Below, piece after piece: positions 57,349-64,000 of a stretch of 64,000 nucleotides of DNA (positions within the stretch are counted from its first letter, which is position 1; every line of letters starts with the position of its first letter). The notes beneath the pieces are model-generated. The model was not told where the DNA came from. It saw nothing but the letters and a program-made list of their open reading frames with translations, and did no database searches. The translations under genes and the position numbers were made by a program. Source of the stretch: an uncultured Candidatus Saccharibacteria bacterium (GTDB lineage: Bacteria > Patescibacteriota > Minisyncoccia > Phycocordibacterales > Phycocordibacteraceae). The stretch spans positions 12,708-76,707 of the forward strand of contig CAYMNZ010000002.1 in the NCBI GenBank assembly GCA_964391975.1, read 5' to 3'.

Positions 57349-58047
57349 TTAGTTTTTATTTCGCACGATAAACGAAAGAGGCTCCTCCCATCCATACCCA
57401 GAATTTTCCCACGCCTTGGCTTGCGATTTCTGCGGGTCGTTAATGGCCATCATGCGCGTCCCTTTGTGAAAACCTAGTTCGCGTATTATCTCTCCAATTT
57501 GCTGAGAGGTAGCAAGCCCACCAAAGTGAGCCTGAATGAAGGGGGCGTTTGGTTTAAGAGTGCGCGCAACTTCTTGAAAAAAATCCCGAATATTCTTGAA
57601 GTAGAAATCTACGCTGTCGTGTGAGCCGAAGACGTGTGCATTTATAAAGTTTGACGAAATTATGCCGTCGAGTGAGTGGTCGGCAAACGGGAGACGAAAC
57701 GCGTCGGCCACCACGCCATCCTTCCCATCGGCAGTTGTTTTTCTAACCGCACTTTCAGACGCATCAAGGCACACAGGAGTTACCCCAAGTTCCACCATTG
57801 CATCGTGTAGGCGTGATCCGACGCCCGAACCTATATCAACCACTACCCCTTCACGCATGGCCGCCAAGTCCTCACCAAGAGCGGCGCTGATTTGCATGCG
57901 GTAGTCTTCCTGTGAAAGAGGTTCGTATTGACTAAACGCTAGGTACGGAGCGACAGACGGATCCTCCGCCCCAGACATATTCTGCTGCCATTCTTTTGTT
58001 TTTTCCTCTCGATACTTTTTCCATCCCTCGTTCTCAGCTTCACTCAT
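57349..58047 (-). CDS. class I SAM-dependent methyltransferase
   Basis: VVDIGSGVG, CLDAS, VADAFRLPFADHSLD, EVARTLKP. Confidence 0.85.
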   Translation of the reverse strand: MSEAENEGWKKYREEKTKEWQQNMSGAEDPSVAPYLAFSQYEPLSQEDYRMQISAALGEDLAAMREGVVVDIGSGVGSRLHDAMVELGVTPVCLDASESAVRKTTADGKDGVVADAFRLPFADHSLDGIISSNFINAHVFGSHDSVDFYFKNIRDFFQEVARTLKPNAPFIQAHFGGLATSQQIGEIIRELGFHKGTRMMAINDPQKSQAKAWENSGYGWEEPLSFIVRNKN

Positions 58048-58058
58048 ACCTAGACCAG

Positions 58059-59159
58059 TTACTGATTCATCGGCATCACCAAATACAGGAAGCTCGTGTC
58101 CCCTACTCCCTTGATGATTAGCGGCCTGCCTATGCCTCCTGCGGATAGCGTAATGCTCTCAGAGGTAATAAGAGGTAGCGGGGTGTGTAGGTAACGGTGG
58201 TTGAAGGAGAGCTCAAGAGACTCGCCAGAAAAGGCCGCAGTTATTGGCTCTACGGACTCCCCCACATCTGCATTGTGTGCCGAAAGGGCCAGCTTCTTTC
58301 CTGTTACATCAAAGCTCAGGCGAACCTTCTGGAAGGAGTCAGAGAAGACAGCAGTGCGACGAAGCGCTCCTTCAAAGTCCTTACGAAGCAGTGTCGCCTC
58401 AACCGAGAAGGACTTTGGAATAATCTGCGTGTAGTCAGGGTAGCTTGCTGAAACGAGACGCGTTGTGATGGTGCTCTTTGCCCATAGAACGGCGCACTGG
58501 TGCTCACCCACACGCACCTCAACCTCATCATCAGGAATCGTCTGCGCAAGGTCGAGTGCGTTCTTTGCAGGAATCAGTATGGAGAAGTTCCCAATCTTTC
58601 CCTTCACCGACATCTTCTTCTCTGCAAGACGGAAGGAATCAGTTGCGACCGCCTTCACCATCCCTCCTTCAGAAGAGATAAGAACAGAGGCGAGTTCAGG
58701 ACGAATGGTAGAGGTGGACGCACACGGAGCGACAGTGCTTATAAGTGCCTTTAATGCAGCACCAGCGATGGTAAACGTCGTCTTAGGGTTCTCTGGGAGA
58801 GGAAGGGTTGGGAAATCCTCAAACGGAAGCGTTTTCATAGTGCTCTTGGCGGAACCAGAGCTTATAACAGCAGTATCTCCACTGTGCTCAATAATCACCT
58901 GACCCTCCCCAGAGAAGGAGGAGGAAATCTCACGAAGAATGGTCGACGGAAGAACAATGGCGCCCGGATTCTTAATCGTTCCTTCGATGTGAATATCTAC
59001 TCCCGTCTCAAGATTGGTGGCACGAACTTTAATTCCATCGTCCCCTGCAACAATTGCGATTCCAGAAAGTGCAGGAACTGTTGCTGAACGTCTGTCAGCA
59101 AACCGAGATACCATCCCCACTACCTCTGCGAATTCTTTTTTATTTAAAATAATTACCAT
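58059..59159 (-). CDS. dnaN: DNA polymerase III beta sliding clamp
   Basis: ATNLE, EDFP, VATDSFRLAE, YPDY, YLVMPM. Confidence 0.96.
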   Translation of the reverse strand: MVIILNKKEFAEVVGMVSRFADRRSATVPALSGIAIVAGDDGIKVRATNLETGVDIHIEGTIKNPGAIVLPSTILREISSSFSGEGQVIIEHSGDTAVISSGSAKSTMKTLPFEDFPTLPLPENPKTTFTIAGAALKALISTVAPCASTSTIRPELASVLISSEGGMVKAVATDSFRLAEKKMSVKGKIGNFSILIPAKNALDLAQTIPDDEVEVRVGEHQCAVLWAKSTITTRLVSASYPDYTQIIPKSFSVEATLLRKDFEGALRRTAVFSDSFQKVRLSFDVTGKKLALSAHNADVGESVEPITAAFSGESLELSFNHRYLHTPLPLITSESITLSAGGIGRPLIIKGVGDTSFLYLVMPMNQ

Positions 59160-59369
59160 ACCTTCTTATTAGTCCTGTTGATACGTGGAAAACGATAGTC
59201 AGCCAGTAAGTACGACGTGTTACTGCAATCGATAGACTGAGAAGGTGTGGAGAACTGCGCGGAACACGCGGATACTGTACGAGAATTCTTGCGGCGAACG
59301 ACACGAACGCGAGTCCTTCCTCCTCTTACCCACATGACTATCTGAGAGTTATCCATAGCCTATACACAA
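59160..59369. other. oriC: putative replication origin oriC (dnaA-dnaN intergenic)
   Basis: Near-consensus DnaA boxes TGTGGAGAA (59246), TTACCCACA (59326), TTATCCATA (59349), CTATACACA (59360); tandem degenerate boxes TGTTGATAC/CGTGGAAAA at 59176-59192. Confidence 0.7.
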
Positions 59370-60716
59370 CTATACCAACAGCCCACGAATATCCTGAATC
59401 TCTTTTGCAAGCTCAGTGTCGTCCACAATCTCCCTCTTCACCTTCTCACAGGAGTGGATGACGGTAGTGTGGTCGCGCCCACCAAGCTTACTTCCGATGG
59501 TTGGGTAGGACACAGAGAAGTCCTCACGAAGGAGGTACATGATGACCTGGCGCGGCCTCACTACCTCCCTACGGCGGGTCTTCTCATAGATAGACTCTTC
59601 ATCTATGCCGTAGAACTCAGCCACCTTGGAGACCACGTGTTTGACTGAAACCGTCTTAGTAGGCCGTGAAAAGGCCCTTAGAGACTGCCTGACCTCAGCC
59701 AAATCTGGAGGAACTCCCTTCACTTGGGTGTGGCAAACCACACTGTTAATAACCCCCTCAAGCTCCCTGATAGAGCCCGAGACTGAGGTGGCCACGTACT
59801 CAATGACGTCCTCGCTCAAGGTGACCCCGTGAGAGGCCGCCTTGCGGCGCACAATGGCCATACGGCTCTCCGTGTCCGGTTCCCCGATGTCTACTGTCAT
59901 ACCGCTTGAGAGGCGGCCGCGCACGCGGTCTGCGATGTCAGGAATAGCCTGGGGAGAGCGGTCGGAGGAGAAGATAATCTGGCGGTTGTTGTCATGGAGC
60001 GCATTGAAGAGGTGGAAAAGCTCCTCCTGCGTCTTCTCTTTCTTCGCCAAGAACTGCACGTCGTCCATGATGAGCAAATCGTACTGACGATACTTCTCCT
60101 TGAAGCGGTTAGCGTTACCTGCCTGAATAGAGTCGGTGTAATCCACCGCAAAACGCTCCGAGGTTAGGTAAAACACTTTGCGCGTTGGGTACAACTTCTT
60201 GTAGTGGTTCCCTATTGCTTGGATGAGGTGCGTCTTTCCGCGTCCGGTATCACCGTAGATAAACAAAGGATTGTACGTAATGCCCGGGCGATTGAGCACC
60301 GCTTGCGCAGCGGAGTACGCGAGTTCGTTAAAGGAACCAATCACGAAGGTTTCGAAGGTATATTTCGGGTTTAAGTTGTCGCTCTTGTTGATGTAGAACT
60401 CATCAAGGGGCATTTCAATGGAAGGCTCCCTTCTCTTTTGCTCTCGTGGCTTACGGGACGCGTCCTTCACAATCATGTATTCGATATTCCGGAACTCGTA
60501 GGAGACCCCGCGGATGATTTTAAGGAGCAGCGGGTGGAACTTCTTCAGGTACCAGTCCCTAAAGAACTGGCTCGGCACACCGATGTACACAATTCCGTCC
60601 TCAATCTTTACAATTGAGCTCTCGCGGAACCAGGTATTAAAGTTTGCTGGAGAAATTGAAAGCTCGACCTGCGACAACACATGTTCCCAAAGTTCGCGAG
60701 GATCTGACTTATTCAT
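59370..60716 (-). CDS. dnaA: chromosomal replication initiator DnaA
   Basis: [48 protein letters not shown]. Confidence 0.98.
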   Translation of the reverse strand: MNKSDPRELWEHVLSQVELSISPANFNTWFRESSIVKIEDGIVYIGVPSQFFRDWYLKKFHPLLLKIIRGVSYEFRNIEYMIVKDASRKPREQKRREPSIEMPLDEFYINKSDNLNPKYTFETFVIGSFNELAYSAAQAVLNRPGITYNPLFIYGDTGRGKTHLIQAIGNHYKKLYPTRKVFYLTSERFAVDYTDSIQAGNANRFKEKYRQYDLLIMDDVQFLAKKEKTQEELFHLFNALHDNNRQIIFSSDRSPQAIPDIADRVRGRLSSGMTVDIGEPDTESRMAIVRRKAASHGVTLSEDVIEYVATSVSGSIRELEGVINSVVCHTQVKGVPPDLAEVRQSLRAFSRPTKTVSVKHVVSKVAEFYGIDEESIYEKTRRREVVRPRQVIMYLLREDFSVSYPTIGSKLGGRDHTTVIHSCEKVKREIVDDTELAKEIQDIRGLLV

Positions 60717-60823
60717 CGTTGGCACAGTATACGCGTGAACGTCGTCTCGTGAAGCCTCCCCTTTTGTTGCAGGCCGCTGGGGAAACTGTTAGTATCCTGT
60801 GGACATCACTACAACACACGAAC

Positions 60824-60967
60824 ATGCCTAAACGAACGTACCAGCCGAAGAAAAGGAAGCGCGCAAAGACCCACGGGTTCCGCGCCAGGGCCGCAACCCC
60901 AGGTGGAAAGCGCGTTGTTGCTCGCCGCCGCCGCAAGGGCCGCGTCTCCCTCTCGACCTCTAAGTAG
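60824..60967 (+). CDS. rpmH: 50S ribosomal protein L34
   Basis: [28 protein letters not shown]. Confidence 0.97.
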   Translation: MPKRTYQPKKRKRAKTHGFRARAATPGGKRVVARRRRKGRVSLSTSK

Positions 60968-60968
60968 C

Positions 60969-61289
60969 ATGCTGCCGCGCCGCCTGCGTCTTACCCGGCG
61001 GACCTTCCCTGTCGCCGCTGGCGCCAGGGCCTCAAGCACCCATTTCTCCCTCTCCCTAGGGCCTGCCGCCCCAGGACACGGCGGCTGTGCCGTTGTGGTC
61101 TCCAAGAAGGTCGCCCGCCTCTCAGTGGCCCGCCACCTCCTCAAGCGCCGGATGCTTGCCGCTATGCGCCCCTGGTGCAATGCGGACCAGTCCTTGGTCG
61201 CCTACGCCCGCTCAGGAGCCCAGCTCCTTCCTTATAAGGAGCTCGCAAGTGAGTTATCCGCCCTTCTCACCAAGACGCTTCGCGCGTAG
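60969..61289 (+). CDS. rnpA: ribonuclease P protein component
   Basis: MLPRRLRL, VVSKKVARLSVARHLLKRR; rpmH-rnpA-yidC order. Confidence 0.88.
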   Translation: MLPRRLRLTRRTFPVAAGARASSTHFSLSLGPAAPGHGGCAVVVSKKVARLSVARHLLKRRMLAAMRPWCNADQSLVAYARSGAQLLPYKELASELSALLTKTLRA

Positions 61290-61298
61290 TATGCCCGT

Positions 61299-62048
61299 AT
61301 GATTGAATTCTTCCACGAGTGGCTCTACGTTCCTATCTATAACCTCCTCATTTGGCTTGTAGGGGTGCTCCCTAACGGCGACGGAGGGCTCGCGGTTATC
61401 GTCGTCACACTTATCGTGAAGGTGGTCACCCTCCCATTCACGATTGCCGCCATCAAGACGCAGAAGGCGATGAAGGCGATGGAGCCGGAGCTTAAAAAGC
61501 TCAAGGACCTCTACGCTGACGACAAAGAGCGCCAGGCAAAAGAAATGTTTGCGCTCTACAAGAAGTACAACGTGAAGCCATTCGCGAGCTTCCTCGCGCT
61601 TCTCATCCAGATTCCGGTACTCATCTCCCTCTACCTCGTGTTCCAGCAGCACGCCCTCTCGCAGGTGGATGTTCCGCTCCTCTACTCATACATTCCTGTT
61701 CCGGAGACCGTCTCCATTCTCTTCCTTGGCATCTTCCCTATTGTTGGCGCAAGTCTCGTGCTCGCTATTCTTGCAGCAGCAACGCAGTTCGCTCACGCGA
61801 TGGTCGCCATTCCAGTGCCGCCAAAGAACACCTCTTCGGCTCCCGCCTCTATGCAGGAGGAGTTTGGTCGCGCCATGGCACTCCAGGCCCGCTTCGCCCT
61901 CCCTTTGATTATTGGTCTCGTTGCTTTCTCTTCAGGCGCCATCGCCCTCTACTTCATCACGAGCAACGTCTTTACGTTCCTGCAGGAGATACTTATCGCG
62001 CGTAGGATGCGCGCTACACCGCTCGTCGTAAAAGAGGCCGCGGACTAA
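61299..62048 (+). CDS. yidC: membrane protein insertase YidC (short form)
   Basis: GLAVIVVTLIVK, MKAMEPELKKLK, LYKKYNVKP, LIQIPV, LYFITSN. Confidence 0.93.
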   Translation: MIEFFHEWLYVPIYNLLIWLVGVLPNGDGGLAVIVVTLIVKVVTLPFTIAAIKTQKAMKAMEPELKKLKDLYADDKERQAKEMFALYKKYNVKPFASFLALLIQIPVLISLYLVFQQHALSQVDVPLLYSYIPVPETVSILFLGIFPIVGASLVLAILAAATQFAHAMVAIPVPPKNTSSAPASMQEEFGRAMALQARFALPLIIGLVAFSSGAIALYFITSNVFTFLQEILIARRMRATPLVVKEAAD

Positions 62049-63289
62049 AGGTCGTACACCCAGAGGGAGCCGTCCTTCTTGTTGGTGAACACAAGGACGT
62101 CGTTCGTAGGGTCAGGCGTAAGCGAGACGGCATCAATATCGATGCGTCCGACCTCAGTAGGATCAAGAAGAAGCGTTGCCGAACGATCTGCAATGCTTAC
62201 CTGCCAGATGCGGTCAGAGAACGAAACGACACCGCGGTACCAGTCATCTGGAAGTGTTCCGTCGAGGGTCTTTGGAACCGCACAGTACGCAAGTGCGCCA
62301 GAGGAAGAGAAGGTGCACTTCTCAGCAAGTGTCGAAATAGGAAGTGGTACGGGCGTGTGCGTTGCCGTGTCCATAAGGGTGGTCCTGACTGCGCCATTGG
62401 TTGCGTATGAATAGAGCACTTCAGCTCCTGTTTGATTTCCAATAACTGAGAGACCCGCAAGTGGTCCGAGAAGACGGGTCCAGGTTCCAGCACTCGAGAC
62501 GGAGAACGAGTACCCTGAAAGTCCCACGGAGGGCTTGGTCGAGACGAGGTACCCTCGCCCAAAGAAGGAGCTGACGATTGAAGAGAGTGTCGTTGTGAAT
62601 GCGGTTTTTGGTGCGGAGCCGTCTGCGCTCGCGATGGTGCCAATGGCTCCGTTGGTATCAGACTGAAGTGTCAAAAGCCCGGTGGTGCTTGTTGCTGCCA
62701 CGTCCATCAAATCCTGCTCAAGGAAGAATCCTCCCTCCCCCTCTGCTGGAAGCGCATAGGTTTCCATGTGCACCCCGGAATCCTCCGACAAGAAGCGCAG
62801 GTACGTTTGAGAACCATCGGAAAGCCACACTGCTTCGCGTACTCCGGGAATCGTCTGGTTTGAAATGCGCGTAAGGGTGCGTGCGTGGACTCGGTAGGCG
62901 TAGAGGTTACCGCTCTGCCGCTCGACGAAGCGCACCTCGATGTCTGGCGGGATGGCAGGGATGATGACGCCCTCGGTCGTCGTTGCTGCGGGCACTTCAG
63001 GTATATAGAGGGCCGCAACTCCGTAGGCGACGGGAGCGGCGGTGATGCGCACGAGACGGGGACCAACTTGAACGCCAGCGTCGCCAGAGAACTCAATACC
63101 TCCATCAAGAACGCTCGGCGCCCCACCTCCGGGGAAGTCGCCGGAGCCGGCTCCACCAAACGGATCACCATCAACGACGCCCGGAGGTGTGACAGTGCGG
63201 AAGAAGACGAAGTACACCGCAACCAAGATAATAATCACTGCGATGACGCTGCCGAGGATGATGGGGAGTCTTTTTCGAAGGAAGTCCAT
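62045..63289 (-). CDS. membrane-anchored beta-propeller-like hypothetical protein
   Basis: N-terminal TM; beta-rich; EKC..YCAVP..LPDDWY, FTNKKDGSLW. Confidence 0.7.
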   Translation of the reverse strand: MDFLRKRLPIILGSVIAVIIILVAVYFVFFRTVTPPGVVDGDPFGGAGSGDFPGGGAPSVLDGGIEFSGDAGVQVGPRLVRITAAPVAYGVAALYIPEVPAATTTEGVIIPAIPPDIEVRFVERQSGNLYAYRVHARTLTRISNQTIPGVREAVWLSDGSQTYLRFLSEDSGVHMETYALPAEGEGGFFLEQDLMDVAATSTTGLLTLQSDTNGAIGTIASADGSAPKTAFTTTLSSIVSSFFGRGYLVSTKPSVGLSGYSFSVSSAGTWTRLLGPLAGLSVIGNQTGAEVLYSYATNGAVRTTLMDTATHTPVPLPISTLAEKCTFSSSGALAYCAVPKTLDGTLPDDWYRGVVSFSDRIWQVSIADRSATLLLDPTEVGRIDIDAVSLTPDPTNDVLVFTNKKDGSLWVYDL

Positions 63290-63292
63290 GGT

Positions 63293-64000
63293 TTAGACGC
63301 TACTTGGTACGCACTCGACTGAGCTAACGCTAATTTGCGAGTCTGCTGCCGCCGCTACATTCGTACGGAATGCGCTACACGCAGTTGACGGCGTCTCGCA
63401 CACTATTGACCCGGTCGCCCAGTTACGTACGCGCGCGGGGGTTACATCAGCAACGCAGGCCGCGCTCGTGGCGGAGACGTGGATGAAGCTGCCACTGCGG
63501 ACCAGCTTGTGAGTCTCTTCTCCCATGGTCACCATGACCGACTGGAAGCGGTGTTGTGTTGGGGAAATGTTGCTTGGACGACAGTCGCAGAAGTACCGCA
63601 CGTTCCCTTGTTCGTTTGGCACCACCGTCGCGGCGCAATGGATGTTGCCTGGTCCTGAACGCACCTTCTCCGAGCAGGCGGAGGTGCATGTTGAGAGTGA
63701 CGGATCGGTAGAGTTCCAGGTAAAGGCGCCGTTCGGCAACTCACCGTTCGTGAACTGTGTCACCGTCTCCATACTCTCAGGGTCTGCTTGAAGGTAGGAG
63801 CATACGCCGGTAGCCTCAGTCCCTCCCGTGACAGGAGATCCTGTCCCCGTTGGCGCGAGCGAGCCGAAGTTTATCTGGAGATTCAGAATCCGCTTGTCGA
63901 TGAGTCCGAAGACAATGACTGGGGAGAGAACGAGGAGGAGCCCCACCACCGACATCAGGATGAGGCCGCGCGCCTCCTTCTTCTCAGTGATGCTGTCTCC
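63293..64000 (-). CDS. CPR-type pilin-like protein with Cys-rich C-terminal domain; 5' end outside window
   Basis: Frame open to the window edge: GDSITEKKEARGLILMSVVGLLLVLSPVIVFGLIDKRILNL; many Cys downstream. Confidence 0.6.
   Translation of the reverse strand, partial: GDSITEKKEARGLILMSVVGLLLVLSPVIVFGLIDKRILNLQINFGSLAPTGTGSPVTGGTEATGVCSYLQADPESMETVTQFTNGELPNGAFTWNSTDPSLSTCTSACSEKVRSGPGNIHCAATVVPNEQGNVRYFCDCRPSNISPTQHRFQSVMVTMGEETHKLVRSGSFIHVSATSAACVADVTPARVRNWATGSIVCETPSTACSAFRTNVAAAADSQISVSSVECVPSSV

Noticed and set aside
1-64000. CRISPR array, IS/transposase, prophage, retron/RT, rRNA, or TGA recoding (code 25)
   Set aside because: No regularly spaced repeats or matching protein motifs seen; conserved genes such as thyA end at TGA and are full length in code 11

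Overview
Origin-proximal 64 kb of a small, gene-dense bacterial chromosome using standard genetic code 11 (TGA is used as stop). The gene content suggests Patescibacteria/CPR, probably Parcubacteria; this is inference from a eukaryote-type GlyRS, IleRS with an inserted histidine-phosphatase domain, CPR-type pilin and pilMNO genes, tRNA-Arg(GCG), few evident Shine-Dalgarno sites and almost no biosynthetic genes. The window holds dnaA-oriC-dnaN, rpmH-rnpA-yidC, four aminoacyl-tRNA synthetases, several ribosomal proteins, a glyA-tmk-thyA-dcd-fau-folA dTTP/folate cluster, ruvA/B/C/X, recO, polA, type IV pilus genes and 9 tRNAs. I saw no transposase, integrase, CRISPR array or rRNA. The best leads are: (i) a -10 box 5-9 nt before most start codons, implying largely leaderless mRNAs; (ii) an unannotated ~140-nt rod-like RNA between a methyltransferase gene and ruvB; (iii) a TrmB regulator plus degenerate TauD-like oxygenase between two near-identical tRNA-Arg genes; (iv) putative fatty-acid-modifying flavoenzymes at the left edge; (v) a 39-aa ultra-acidic microprotein; (vi) a shared N-terminal motif on unrelated orphan proteins. 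All calls come from reading motifs by eye; no database searches were run.
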